DNA of 64,000 nt from an uncultured Dehalococcoidia bacterium (GCA_950072105.1 CATMOE010000010.1:1-64000); one strand, 5' to 3'. Positions 21,782 to 32,068 are shown, counted from the stretch's first letter. Translations and numbers: made by a program. The notes: generated from the sequence alone by a model not told the origin.

Positions 21782-22273
21782 CTAGAAAGGATGGCGGGAA
21801 GACCGGCCGGGCCGGGACCCTCTCCTCCGCTGCCGCCGGACCTGTCTCGGCGCCCGGATCCGGGGAGGCTTCTTGCCCTCGGCAAGGCCTGCCGCGTCTC
21901 TACTCCCGCCTGAGCCAAAGTTCCCCCGCTCACGAGACCAAAGAAATTGGGTGTATGCCGCCAACAACAATCCCGGCGCGACGATGATCGCGGTGAGCCA
22001 GGGGTTGACAACAAGATCAGGCGAGAAGACCTGAAATATGACCAAGAACCCCCCGGACATAAGCATTGCCCAGGCCACGGTGCCAGTTATGAAATTTCGG
22101 TGCCAGGGAGACCGCAGTATCAAGATGGACCATGTCGGCCAAAGAAGCGGGACCGCCAATCCAATGCTGAATTGAATCACCGGCCATCCGAGGATGAAAG
22201 TGAGCGCCAGGAACCAGGGGTTGTAGTACCAGGGGCGTTTTTGTTCCAGAGATACGGTCTGCTCTTGGGCCAT
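21782..22273 (-). CDS. Hypothetical membrane protein with basic C-terminal tail
   Basis: About 4 hydrophobic segments followed by an Arg-rich tail. Confidence 0.65.
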   Translation of the reverse strand: MAQEQTVSLEQKRPWYYNPWFLALTFILGWPVIQFSIGLAVPLLWPTWSILILRSPWHRNFITGTVAWAMLMSGGFLVIFQVFSPDLVVNPWLTAIIVAPGLLLAAYTQFLWSRERGNFGSGGSRDAAGLAEGKKPPRIRAPRQVRRQRRRGSRPGRSSRHPF

Positions 22274-22338
22274 TGTGTCCGTCCGGGACGAGCGATGGAA
22301 TTATTGACTGATATTCCGCAGATCAATCGCGCGCTTGG

Positions 22339-22602
22339 TCAGTTTCGGGCCAGCAATAGGTGGAATTCTAACATCTCTATGGGGCGCTGTTTTCTGATGG
22401 ACTCCACCGCGTATTCCACGCACATTCGGGCGAACCCGGAGAACTCAAAAATGTTAGCGCCCAATACGACCAAGGGCACTTCCCGCTCAAACTCCACCCG
22501 AAGCTGGCTACCGTCCTCGTGATCGATCTCCAGATCGATCCGGCCTTCGGTTAGCTTTTCAATCTTCTCTTGAATGCGCTGGACGAACACTTCGTCTTCC
22601 AT
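22339..22602 (-). CDS. Hypothetical protein (87 aa)
   Basis: GGAG RBS before MEDEVFVQ; protein-like composition. Confidence 0.6.
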   Translation of the reverse strand: MEDEVFVQRIQEKIEKLTEGRIDLEIDHEDGSQLRVEFEREVPLVVLGANIFEFSGFARMCVEYAVESIRKQRPIEMLEFHLLLARN

Positions 22603-22826
22603 ACCGGTAAACTCCGAGTCACAACCGTCTTCCCGCCCCGTGGATCTAAGTTGGAGACTGTCATGGGATACTAAGCCAATCTCAATCCGAACCGGCCGTC
22701 CCATGCCTGAACAAGCTTACCAAGCGAGGCTAGATAAGTCTAACACATTGCGCCGCCCAACTCGATATCGTACGACCTAATGAGGCCCTATCAGCGTAAA
22801 TATTAGTATGGTTTAAGTATCATGTC

Positions 22827-22855
22827 TTGACACCCTTTTGAGGCTTAACGATAAT
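22827..22855 (+). promoter_or_regulatory. Sigma70 promoter
   Basis: TTGACA-17 nt-GATAAT upstream of the thiol dioxygenase gene. Confidence 0.65.
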
Positions 22856-22902
22856 TGACGAAACGTTCAGGCTGAGAAAGAAGGCCGCACAGGAGGACAA
22901 TA

Positions 22903-23487
22903 ATGACCACGGTAAAGTACTCGCTGGACCAGTTCGTCAGCGACATGGAAGGATTGATCTCCGGTAAGCCGGACCAGCAGAAACTATTCGACACAGGATC
23001 ATCTTGGTTGGAGAAGCTCATCCAGGACCCCAACGCCCTTCCGGAGCAATACCGGTCGCCCGTGGGCAAGGGCTCAAGGCCCAACCACGGCTCCTACGCC
23101 CTGTATCAGGGGGACAGCGGGCTGTTGGTGACCGCCGTGGTTTGGGGCCCAGGCGACCACGCGTCTCCCCACGATCACGGCACCTGGGGAATGATCGGCG
23201 TAATGGACAATGCCCTCACTGAGACCCGTTTTCGCCGGGTGGACGACCGCACCAAGGAAGGATTTGCGACGCTGGAGAAAGACCGCACATCCCAGTTCAA
23301 ACCCGGGGAAATAACTCTCCTGATCCCGGAAGTGGACGAGATTCACCAGATGGACAACTTCACCGACCGCCCCACCGTGGAGATTCACGTCTATGGCGAC
23401 GATCTTAGAGGGCTGAACCGGAGCCGGTACAACTTGGAGACGGGCAAGATCACCCCCTTCGCCACCGAGAAATACGACAACTGCTAG
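22903..23487 (+). CDS. Cysteine/thiol dioxygenase family cupin
   Basis: WGPG..SPHDHGTWG, EIHQMDN, IHVYG (3-His iron site). Confidence 0.82.
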   Translation: MTTVKYSLDQFVSDMEGLISGKPDQQKLFDTGSSWLEKLIQDPNALPEQYRSPVGKGSRPNHGSYALYQGDSGLLVTAVVWGPGDHASPHDHGTWGMIGVMDNALTETRFRRVDDRTKEGFATLEKDRTSQFKPGEITLLIPEVDEIHQMDNFTDRPTVEIHVYGDDLRGLNRSRYNLETGKITPFATEKYDNC

Positions 23488-23689
23488 TGGATTCCTGTTT
23501 GAGTAAATAATCGAGGGGGGACGCCGGAAACCGGCCTTCTGTTCACGTCAGCGCATGGGGACAATGCCGCAATCACAACCGCATGAAAAACGATAGATAC
23601 ACCAACGAGACAAGAATCGGCAACTGGCTGGAGTTGACATTTTCAGCCGGCGCCATTGTTTCCCAAGTTTCCCAAATCGCAGACCGCCC

Positions 23690-25033
23690 ATGGTGAAGCT
23701 GGACGAAACCCCGGCAGCGGGCCGCTTAAGTTCCCTCCATCATTACGGCTGGGCGATCGTGGGCATGGCCACCGTCCTCCAACTGACCACCAACTTCATC
23801 AGCCAGGCTTTCTCCATCCTCATTGTTATCATGCAAGATGAGTTTGGCTGGACTCTGACCTCAATCATCTTTGCCTACTTCTTCCGAAGCATCGTCAGCG
23901 CGTTGTTGTCGCCGGTGGCTGGCTGGATGGCGGATCGATACGGCTCACGTCGGACCCTGGTTATAGCAGGCATATGCTATACCAGCGGTCTGCTCTTACT
24001 TAGCACCATCAGCACCCAGTGGCAACTATACCTCTACTACAGCTTGATTCTGGGCGTCGCTCAATCCCTGTTCCGGGTCAACATCCCCACCACCGTCGCC
24101 GCCTGGTTCAAGAAACGTCTTGGGGTGGCGGTTGGTATCCAGCAGTCGGCAGGGGGGATGGGCAGCTCCATCATGGCCCCAGCGCTGGCCCTGCTTCTGT
24201 CAAGAACCGATTGGGAGACCGCATTCTGGATCATCCCGGCGATCGGGGGAACTATCGTCTTTTCCCTGGTGGCCTTTTTCCACGGCGACCCCGCCGACCG
24301 GGGAAAGAGACCCTACGGCGCGACTGACAACGACCCACCGCCAGTTGATACTAGCAATCCAGCCATAACCAAGCTACGGAGCAAAGCATTCCTCAAGCAG
24401 GCCAAGCAAACTCGGGCATTCTGGAACCTCATTGGCATCCATTACCTGGGTTGCATGGGGCATTCCATCGTCATGGTGGGCGTCGTATTCTTCGCTACCC
24501 GGCCAGAGCAGGGCGTCTCTCTGCAGGCCGCCGCCTTCATCATCTCGATCTACACCCTGACCGCCAGCGGGAGCCGGTTCGCCGTCCCAGTGCTGGCAGA
24601 CATGTTCGGGGCCAAATGGGTCATGGCCGTTGCTTATACTATCCAGGGGATCTCGGTGGCGTTGCTCTTCTGGACCCATGACGCCTGGCAGTTCTACCTG
24701 TTCGCCACCGTGTTCGGTGTAGGATTGGGCGGCGAGATGTCGGCGTTCTTGGTGATAGACCGCCAGTATTTTGGGATGGGCCCCGTCCGCACGATCTTCG
24801 GCTTCCAAAACCTGGGGTCCGGAATCGGGATGGCCGTTGGCGGACTTCTGGGCGGCGTAATATTCGACATTTACGGCTCTTATGACATAGCTTGGGTCAT
24901 TTCTATCGCTACTAGCTTGGGAGGCGCTGCCTTCATATTGCTCTTGGAGCCCACCTCCCGCGTGCTGATTCCCGATTGGGAAGACGCCTTGCCGCCGGAG
25001 GCCCGGACACCGTCCCCGGTAGCATCAGGGTGA
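23690..25033 (+). CDS. MFS transporter
   Basis: GWMADRYGSR motif A; about 12 TM segments. Confidence 0.92.
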   Translation: MVKLDETPAAGRLSSLHHYGWAIVGMATVLQLTTNFISQAFSILIVIMQDEFGWTLTSIIFAYFFRSIVSALLSPVAGWMADRYGSRRTLVIAGICYTSGLLLLSTISTQWQLYLYYSLILGVAQSLFRVNIPTTVAAWFKKRLGVAVGIQQSAGGMGSSIMAPALALLLSRTDWETAFWIIPAIGGTIVFSLVAFFHGDPADRGKRPYGATDNDPPPVDTSNPAITKLRSKAFLKQAKQTRAFWNLIGIHYLGCMGHSIVMVGVVFFATRPEQGVSLQAAAFIISIYTLTASGSRFAVPVLADMFGAKWVMAVAYTIQGISVALLFWTHDAWQFYLFATVFGVGLGGEMSAFLVIDRQYFGMGPVRTIFGFQNLGSGIGMAVGGLLGGVIFDIYGSYDIAWVISIATSLGGAAFILLLEPTSRVLIPDWEDALPPEARTPSPVASG

Positions 25034-25036
25034 CGG

Positions 25037-25074
25037 CCCTCACCCCGGCCCCTCTCCTAGCGGGAGAGGGGTGA
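25037..25074. repeat. CCCTCACCCC..CCCTCTCC..GGAGAGGG palindrome (REP-like or terminator)
   Basis: cccctctcc-tagcg-ggagagggg hairpin right after the MFS stop. Confidence 0.7.
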
Positions 25075-25132
25075 CTCAGATATATTCAGGCGTAAAATCC
25101 GAATAACCACTCTCGACGGAGGTGCATCAACC

Positions 25133-26710
25133 ATGGCTAAGAAGATCGCGGCAGAGGACCTGAGCTCGTTGCTAGAGGGTAACAGCCAGTTTGCGTTGAT
25201 CGACGTGCGGGAGGCGGGTGAGTATAACAGCACCCACATCATCGACTCCAGCCTGATTCCTCGCAGGCAATTGGAATCCCAGATGTCCGCCGCAGTGCCG
25301 GTAAAGGGTTGCCAGGTAGTTATATGCGACGACGACGGCCGGCGGGCAGGTCTGGCCGCCGAAACTCTGGAGCGCATGGGCTACAGCGATGTTTCGGTAT
25401 TGGACGGGGGCATCAACCAGTGGTCCACCCTGGACTTCCCCACCGAGTGGGGGAGCAACGTAATCAGCAAGGTGTTCGGCGAGAAGATGGAAGTAGTCCA
25501 CCACGTACCCGAGATCGACGCCACCGAGCTGCACGAGCGGATAGAGCGCGGGGACAAGCTGGTTATCCTGGACACCCGCACCCCGGAAGAGTACCAACGG
25601 TTCTGTATCCCCGGCGGCCGGAGCGTTCCCGGCGGTGAGTTGGCCCTGCGGGTCACCGACATCACCAAAGACCTGGACAAAGACACCACGGTCATCGTCA
25701 ACTGCGCCGGACGCACCCGCAGCATCATCGGGACCAGGGTGCTACAACGGATGGGATTGACCAACATCTTTGGATTGAAAAACGGCACCTCGGGCTGGGT
25801 GTTGGCCGGCTACGAGCTAGAAACCGGAGCCGACCGGCTTGACCTGCCCGAGCCCTCTCCCGAAGGCTTAGCCGCCGCCGAAGCCTACGCCGATACGCTT
25901 GCCGCCGAAGACGGCGTCCGCTACATGGATATTCCCAGACTTCAGGCCATGTTGGCTAATAGAGAGAAAGAACCCGCGTTTTTCGTCGACGTGCGCAGAG
26001 CCGAAGAGTACGAAGCCGGCCATATCCCCGGCTTCCGCTGGTTCCCCGGTGGCCAGGTAGTCCAACGGTCCGACGACGTGCTGGTGGTCAAGAATTGCCC
26101 GGTGGTCTTCGCTTGCGACCAGAAGGCCCGTTCCACTTTCATTGCCTCCTGGTACCGCCAATTTGGCTTTGACGAAGTTTACGCCGTGGAAGGCGGTACC
26201 TCAGCGTGGGCCGCCGCGGGGTTGGACCTGGAAAAGGGTGTGCCCGAAGAGGCCCCGTACGGCCTGGCCCAAGCCAAAGAGCGGGTCAGGCCCCTATCTC
26301 CTCAGGACCTCCAAGTTGCCTCACCCCAGGTCACATTATTTGTGGATACCAGCCAGGACTTCGCCAGAGGCCACGTTCCCGGAGCCCGATGGGCGCCACG
26401 GGGTTGGCTGGAGTTTCACATCGCAGGCCTGGCGCCGGATAAGAAGGCAAGCATCGCGGTCACCGGTAACGACGGGGCCAACGCCGCCTTGGCCGGAGCC
26501 ACCCTGATGGACCTGGGATATGAGAATGTCTCGGTCCTGGAAGGCGGAATGGCCGCGTGGAACAGGGCTGGATTGGCTGTGGAATCCGGATTGTCCGGCG
26601 TGATGTCCCCGCCTACCGACATGGTGCCCTCCGGACCGGACCGGAACTACGCCGACATGATGACCTATCTCCGCTGGGAAACCGCCTTGGGAGAGAAATT
26701 CGCCGGTTAG
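25133..26710 (+). CDS. Four-domain rhodanese-like sulfurtransferase
   Basis: Repeated D(V/T)R...HIPG...(L)xGG units; catalytic-type VNCAGRTRS in domain 2. Confidence 0.88.
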   Translation: MAKKIAAEDLSSLLEGNSQFALIDVREAGEYNSTHIIDSSLIPRRQLESQMSAAVPVKGCQVVICDDDGRRAGLAAETLERMGYSDVSVLDGGINQWSTLDFPTEWGSNVISKVFGEKMEVVHHVPEIDATELHERIERGDKLVILDTRTPEEYQRFCIPGGRSVPGGELALRVTDITKDLDKDTTVIVNCAGRTRSIIGTRVLQRMGLTNIFGLKNGTSGWVLAGYELETGADRLDLPEPSPEGLAAAEAYADTLAAEDGVRYMDIPRLQAMLANREKEPAFFVDVRRAEEYEAGHIPGFRWFPGGQVVQRSDDVLVVKNCPVVFACDQKARSTFIASWYRQFGFDEVYAVEGGTSAWAAAGLDLEKGVPEEAPYGLAQAKERVRPLSPQDLQVASPQVTLFVDTSQDFARGHVPGARWAPRGWLEFHIAGLAPDKKASIAVTGNDGANAALAGATLMDLGYENVSVLEGGMAAWNRAGLAVESGLSGVMSPPTDMVPSGPDRNYADMMTYLRWETALGEKFAG

Positions 26711-26735
26711 GCTCAGTCAAAGTCTAGCAGGCTGG

Positions 26736-26809
26736 TCCTTCGACAGGCTCAGGACGAACGGAAAGCGATCCAACCAGCCCCACCGTTCGTGGTGAGCTTG
26801 TCGAACCAC
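26736..26809. repeat. Dispersed inverted-repeat element, copy 1
   Basis: tccttcgacaggctcaggacgaacgg ... ccgttcgtggtgagcttgtcgaaccac; identical arms at 57893-57961. Confidence 0.9.
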
Positions 26810-26870
26810 CTTTTGGGTTCACTTCTCAAGATGTACGGCCAATCCCAATCAACACCGCAAGGAAAACAAG

Positions 26871-28031
26871 ATGACCTATTTCCCATTGACCAAAGGGCAG
26901 GAAGAGTGGCGAGACCGGGCGGCGGATATTGCCGCCAAGGAGCTGGCTCCCCGGGCAGAAGAAACCGACCGGTTGGGACGCTATCCCCAAGAATCACTCG
27001 ATGCCTTGAAGCGGGAAGGCCTTTTCGGCCTCCGCGTCTCCAAAGAGCACGGCGGAGTGGGCGCCGACATGGTCACCACTTCCTTGGTTATCGAGGAACT
27101 GGCCAAAAAATGCCCCTCGACATGCATGTGCTACAAGATGCACCTAGAGGCGGCGGAGATCATCTGCCAGATTCCCACCGACTACCAGATAGAAAAGTTC
27201 GTCAAGCCCATGGCCAAAGGAGAGGTGTTCACCAGCATCGCCGGCAGCGAGACCTGGGGCGAGGGTGACAACTGGACCGCTGCCCAGACCGCCTCCGCCG
27301 TCACCAAGGTGCCCGGCGGATACCAACTGGACGGCATCCGAAAGTCCTACGTCACCTCGGCGGGACACGCCACCCACTTCCAATTTCACTGCCGGGTCGG
27401 CGAAGACTCTCCGCAAAGCGCCGCCAGCCGTCTGATCGTCGCGGCGGACGAGATCGATTGGGAGATCCTGGAGCCGTGGAACGGTTTAGGCATGCGAGGC
27501 AATTCCAGCTCTCCGGTCAAGTTCAGCGGTTTCGTCCCGGAAGAGAATCGCCTTGGCGAGGAGCACACCGTTGCCGCAGCGACAACCCACTTTGCCCGCC
27601 CGGTGGTCGCCCTCACTTACGCCGCCGCCTACCTAGGTATCGCCTCTGGCGCCTACGAGTTGGCGATGGAGGAGATGGTCCGCCGCCACCCCAGCGGTGC
27701 CAGGCGGCTGGACAGCGCCATCAACCAGCGGCGCATGGCCGAGATGGGAACCCAGATCGAAGCGGCGCGAGCCCTGCTTTTGTCGGCTTCGTCGTCCTTC
27801 GACCAAGACCGGGCGTCCTCCCATCTACTTTACATGCAGGCCAAGGTCGCCTGCTCCGAAGCAGGAGTAAGGGTGACCCAGGACTTGATGACGTCGTTCG
27901 GAGGCGCGGCTTTTGCCGGACGGATGCCCTTCGAGCGGTATTTCCGGGACGCCCGGGCCGGCATGGTCATGGGCATGGCCAACGACCTGGCCTACCAAAA
28001 CATGATTCCCCTCATGTTTCCGGAGAATTAA
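26871..28031 (+). CDS. Acyl-CoA dehydrogenase-like flavoprotein
   Basis: EHGGVGAD, GIRKSYVT, WNGLGMRGNSS, FERYFRDARAG motifs. Confidence 0.88.
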   Translation: MTYFPLTKGQEEWRDRAADIAAKELAPRAEETDRLGRYPQESLDALKREGLFGLRVSKEHGGVGADMVTTSLVIEELAKKCPSTCMCYKMHLEAAEIICQIPTDYQIEKFVKPMAKGEVFTSIAGSETWGEGDNWTAAQTASAVTKVPGGYQLDGIRKSYVTSAGHATHFQFHCRVGEDSPQSAASRLIVAADEIDWEILEPWNGLGMRGNSSSPVKFSGFVPEENRLGEEHTVAAATTHFARPVVALTYAAAYLGIASGAYELAMEEMVRRHPSGARRLDSAINQRRMAEMGTQIEAARALLLSASSSFDQDRASSHLLYMQAKVACSEAGVRVTQDLMTSFGGAAFAGRMPFERYFRDARAGMVMGMANDLAYQNMIPLMFPEN

Positions 28032-28107
28032 GCCCGGCCTTCACGTATAAGAAAACCGTAGTACAATGAGGCAAGAATAGTCGTGACAATCCATCCTAGG
28101 AAGCACC

Positions 28108-28458
28108 ATGCCACTTATTGAGCACAGCGAGATACCGATGCCAGCGGCGGTGGACAACCGCCGGGAGCGGGAGATTGTCTCCCACAAACAAGGCGCGGTT
28201 TCGCTTACCATCAAAGAGATCGAGCTATACCCCGGCTGGGAAGGACGCCTGCACACGCACCCGACGGACATCGCCATCATGGTAATGGCCGGTGCCGTGC
28301 AACTTGTTCTCGGAGACGAAGTCTCCACCATTCGAGCGGGCACGACCGTGCTGGCCCCGCCCGGCGTGCCTCACAAGCTGGTTAACCAACTATGGATCCC
28401 GGTTCGGTTGCTGGTGACCTATCCAGCCGCCGACCTGGACACTAACTATCTCGAGTAA
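28108..28458 (+). CDS. Cupin domain protein
   Basis: LHTHP...PPGVPHKLVN. Confidence 0.85.
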   Translation: MPLIEHSEIPMPAAVDNRREREIVSHKQGAVSLTIKEIELYPGWEGRLHTHPTDIAIMVMAGAVQLVLGDEVSTIRAGTTVLAPPGVPHKLVNQLWIPVRLLVTYPAADLDTNYLE

Positions 28459-28480
28459 AACTAAGCCCAGGAGTCTAAAC

Positions 28481-29587
28481 ATGGCCACCCAAATCACCCA
28501 GACCGCGTTAAAGCCTCAAATCATTCCCACCAACGCCGGATTGCGCACCTTCGCCGCGCCCCCAACGGCGTTACAAGAAGATATCGTGCCCAATGATTTG
28601 TTCTACATCCGCAATCATTGGAAGGACTGCCCGGAGATCGACCAGGCCACCTACCGGCTGGCGGTTGACGGCCAAGTAAGCACCCCCTTAAGTTTGAGCT
28701 ATGAAGACTTGAAACAACTGCCTCAGAAAAGGTTCCAAGTCACCTTCGAGTGCTGCGGAAACAGCCCCGTGCCCGACTACTGGTCCAAGGCCCTGCGCAT
28801 CAGCACGGTGATGGAAGGTATCAAGGGACACGGAATCATGGGCAACGCCGAGTGGGCTGGGGTTTCTTTACGGGACGTGCTGGAGAAAGCCGGGGTGAAG
28901 GATTCCGCGGTAGAGGTCATGTTCGAGGGCGCCGACCACGGTCCAGACGAAACCGTGGGGGATCCGCCGGAAGTTACCTACGAGCGCAGCCTGCCCATCG
29001 CCAAAGCGATGCACCCCGATACCCTCCTGGCTTACGAGATGAACGGTGAGCCGTTGCCCCTGAACCACGGCTTCCCTCTGCGTCTGCTGGTTTCGGGCTG
29101 GTACGGCATGAACTCGGTCAAGTGGCTGGTGGGCATCCACGTGCTGGACCACGAGTTCAAAGGCTTCTACATGACCGATAGGTACATCACCACCAATGAA
29201 CCGGGTTCGGCGGCGCCATATACCTTCTACACCAAGATGAAGGTCAAGTCCATCATCACCAACCCCGCCCCTGGTGAGATTGTCCCCGCAACTGGATACA
29301 CCCTAGCCGGGGCGGCATGGTCCGGTGAAGACCAGATCACCAAAGTCGAGATCAGCACCGATGCCGGCGCAACTTGGAACCTGGTAGACACAGTCCGGCC
29401 TCGCAGCGACTATTCATGGAACCGGTGGGAGCACCAGTGGACCCCACCAGGTCCCGGTAAATATACCCTGATGTGCCGGGCCACTAACGACCAAGGCGAC
29501 ACCCAGCCCATGGAATTCCCCAACAAGTGGGACGGCCGGGGTTACGGCAACAACATGGTGTTCCCCCACGAGGTTGAGGTTCGCTAG
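28481..29587 (+). CDS. Sulfite oxidase family molybdoenzyme (no Tat signal seen)
   Basis: FYIRNH, FECCGN, GNAEWAGV, YERSLP, HGFPLRL, SVKWL; C-terminal dimerisation domain. Confidence 0.92.
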   Translation: MATQITQTALKPQIIPTNAGLRTFAAPPTALQEDIVPNDLFYIRNHWKDCPEIDQATYRLAVDGQVSTPLSLSYEDLKQLPQKRFQVTFECCGNSPVPDYWSKALRISTVMEGIKGHGIMGNAEWAGVSLRDVLEKAGVKDSAVEVMFEGADHGPDETVGDPPEVTYERSLPIAKAMHPDTLLAYEMNGEPLPLNHGFPLRLLVSGWYGMNSVKWLVGIHVLDHEFKGFYMTDRYITTNEPGSAAPYTFYTKMKVKSIITNPAPGEIVPATGYTLAGAAWSGEDQITKVEISTDAGATWNLVDTVRPRSDYSWNRWEHQWTPPGPGKYTLMCRATNDQGDTQPMEFPNKWDGRGYGNNMVFPHEVEVR

Positions 29588-29588
29588 C

Positions 29589-29867
29589 ATGAAGGCTGTT
29601 CCCCTTCCCGTTTCGTTTATTCTGGTGCTTTGCCTGACCATCGCCCTGATGATTTTCTTCGGGGCATGGGCGGTTTCGGCCGACGTAGGCGAACGGGATA
29701 GGGTATTTGCCTTCGCCGTACCCGGCGGTACAGCTGCCCTGACCTCACATGCCAACGCCACCGGACCACTGGCACTGGGAGAAAGTAGCGCCATTGAAGA
29801 CGGTCGCACCGCCGCCTCGGAGACATGGTGGGGCAGCGGCCTGCTCAGAGCGTGCCCGCTGCACTAG
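29589..29867 (+). CDS. Small signal-peptide / membrane-anchored hypothetical protein
   Basis: Starts 1 nt after the sulfite oxidase stop; hydrophobic N-terminus; ends ACPLH. Confidence 0.6.
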   Translation: MKAVPLPVSFILVLCLTIALMIFFGAWAVSADVGERDRVFAFAVPGGTAALTSHANATGPLALGESSAIEDGRTAASETWWGSGLLRACPLH

Positions 29868-29952
29868 GCGCCGAGGCCAACTCCTCCCGATGCTCACTCT
29901 CCATGAAGAGATATTTCATTAGACCATCCCCGTGGCTGAGTATTATTGATTC

Positions 29953-31341
29953 ATGCTTAACCTAAGCGCTTCCAGGCTACCCTGGGGGCTGCATTACTGT
30001 TGGATAATCGTGGCCGTCTTGGCCACGGTGCAGATTCTCGCTACCTCCATCAGCATGGCCGCCGGTATTCTTTTGCCGCCCTTGACCGACCCAGATGGCC
30101 GCTTCGGCTGGAGTGTCGGTACTATCGTCATGGGGCTGGCGGCCTATTACATGGTCGGAGCTATTTTCGCCCCAGTCAGCGGTTGGCTAGGCGACCGGTA
30201 CGGCGCCCGGCGCATGATGTTCGCCGGCGCCATTCTGTACGGCGTCAGCATGGTGTTGCTGGGATTTGTCCGCGAGTTATGGCAGTTCTTCATCGTCTTC
30301 GGTTTTTTGCTATCACTGACCCAATCCATCGCCATGGTGCCTTTGATGGCGTCGGTCAGCGGCTGGTTTCGGCGGCGGTTGGGATTGGGAACCGGGATCC
30401 TGTGGGCCGCGGGCGGCTTAGGCACGGCCATCGTAGCACCGCTTACCGGCTACTTATTGGAGAATTACGGTTGGCAGATGACGTTCTGGAGCATCGGCGT
30501 CATCGGCTGCGGGATCTTGATTCTCCTAAACCTCCTGCTCCGCAATAAGCCGGAGGATATCGGCGTCAAGCCCTATGGGGCAGCCGACGACGACCCACCT
30601 CCTACTGTCCGTAGCGCCACAGCGGAAAAACTGCGTCTAAAAGTGTTCAACCAGCATGTCCGGCGGACCAGAGCATTCTGGAACCTTCCGGCCATTCACG
30701 GACTGGGGTGCGCCGGACATGGCATAGTCCTGATCTTCTCAATTCCATTCGCCGTTGAGCAGGGTGTCGGCCTGACCCAGGCGGCGGTGATCCTTACGAT
30801 AATTTCTCTGGTCAGCATCTCCAGCAGACTTCTGACCCCGGTTCTGGCGGAACGGTACGGCTCCAAACGTATCATGGCCAGTTGCCTGTTCGTTCAGGGC
30901 ATTACCGTGCTTATCCTTTTTGGGGCCCATGACCTGTGGACTTTTTATCTGTTCGCCGCCCTGTTCGGCATAGGATTCGGCGGCGAGTGGACCGGATATC
31001 TGGTGATAAACCGGCAATACTTCGGCAACGGACCCATGGGGACCCTCTACGGATCACAGATGACCGGAGCGCTGATGGGACACGCGATAACCACGGCCCT
31101 TGGCGGCGTGGTGTTCGAGATATTCAGATCTTCCGGCATCTTAGACCCCTACGATGTCATATTCGCCTTGTCCGTCGCCTTCAGCCTGGCGGGAGCGGCA
31201 GTTATCTTGACTTTGGAACCCACCTCCAAAACGCTCATTCCCGATTGGGAGATGTCGTTACCCGAAGAGGCCCGCTCCGGAGGCGCTGGGATTCCCGGTG
31301 CTCGAACCACGCCGCTCGAGCCCGCCGCCGGGGACGGATAA
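29953..31341 (+). CDS. MFS transporter (paralogue of 23690-25033)
   Basis: GWLGDRYGAR; shares TRAFWNL and LEPTS..LIPDWE..LP.EAR with the first MFS. Confidence 0.92.
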   Translation: MLNLSASRLPWGLHYCWIIVAVLATVQILATSISMAAGILLPPLTDPDGRFGWSVGTIVMGLAAYYMVGAIFAPVSGWLGDRYGARRMMFAGAILYGVSMVLLGFVRELWQFFIVFGFLLSLTQSIAMVPLMASVSGWFRRRLGLGTGILWAAGGLGTAIVAPLTGYLLENYGWQMTFWSIGVIGCGILILLNLLLRNKPEDIGVKPYGAADDDPPPTVRSATAEKLRLKVFNQHVRRTRAFWNLPAIHGLGCAGHGIVLIFSIPFAVEQGVGLTQAAVILTIISLVSISSRLLTPVLAERYGSKRIMASCLFVQGITVLILFGAHDLWTFYLFAALFGIGFGGEWTGYLVINRQYFGNGPMGTLYGSQMTGALMGHAITTALGGVVFEIFRSSGILDPYDVIFALSVAFSLAGAAVILTLEPTSKTLIPDWEMSLPEEARSGGAGIPGARTTPLEPAAGDG

Positions 31342-31372
31342 AGCCGGCAAAGCTGTAGAGAGGAACGCAAGC

Positions 31373-32047
31373 ATGCCCAAACTTATCGACCTCACCCTAA
31401 CCCTGGGAAGCCCGCGGGTTTCCGCCGTTCCGGGCCTGATCGGCGTGACCATGTCGCCGTTGCAGACCCACGAGTCCCACACGCGTTCCAACACCAAACT
31501 GACCCTGGCCACCCACATCGGCACCCACGTCGACGCTCCCTACCACTTTCATCCCGATGGGACCACTGTTGACGATATGCCTTTGGAGCGCTACATGGGA
31601 CCGGCGCTCCTCTTGGACCTGCGCCAGTCGGCCCAGAGCAAGACGCCGATCTCCGTAGCGGACTTAGAGCAGGCCGGGGCCGCGCCCGGCACGATAAAGG
31701 ACAACATCGTAGTTCTGTTCACGGGCTGGGCGCACAACGAGTCGGGAAAAGAGGGATTCTACTCCGACGGGCCTTACCTCAGCACGGAGGGGGCGGGTTA
31801 CCTGGCAAGGCATGAAGTCAACGCCGTAGCTGTCGACTTTCCCATCGACAAACATCCGCCGACTCCGCAATCCACAATGAGCGATTTCCCGGTGCACCGG
31901 CTTCTGTTGGGCCTGGGCATACCGCTCATCGAAAACCTGATTAACCTGGACCAACTGGTAGGCTTCAATTTCGAGCTTTGGGCGTTGCCTTTGAAGCTGA
32001 AAGGCGGTGACGGGGCCGCCGCTCGCGCCGTCGCCCGCATTCTCTAA
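31373..32047 (+). CDS. Cyclase family (kynurenine formamidase-like) metal hydrolase
   Basis: HIGTHVDAPYH, IENL, LPLKLKGGDG motifs. Confidence 0.9.
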   Translation: MPKLIDLTLTLGSPRVSAVPGLIGVTMSPLQTHESHTRSNTKLTLATHIGTHVDAPYHFHPDGTTVDDMPLERYMGPALLLDLRQSAQSKTPISVADLEQAGAAPGTIKDNIVVLFTGWAHNESGKEGFYSDGPYLSTEGAGYLARHEVNAVAVDFPIDKHPPTPQSTMSDFPVHRLLLGLGIPLIENLINLDQLVGFNFELWALPLKLKGGDGAAARAVARIL

Positions 32048-32068
32048 ACTCAATCCGGAAGTACTCCC

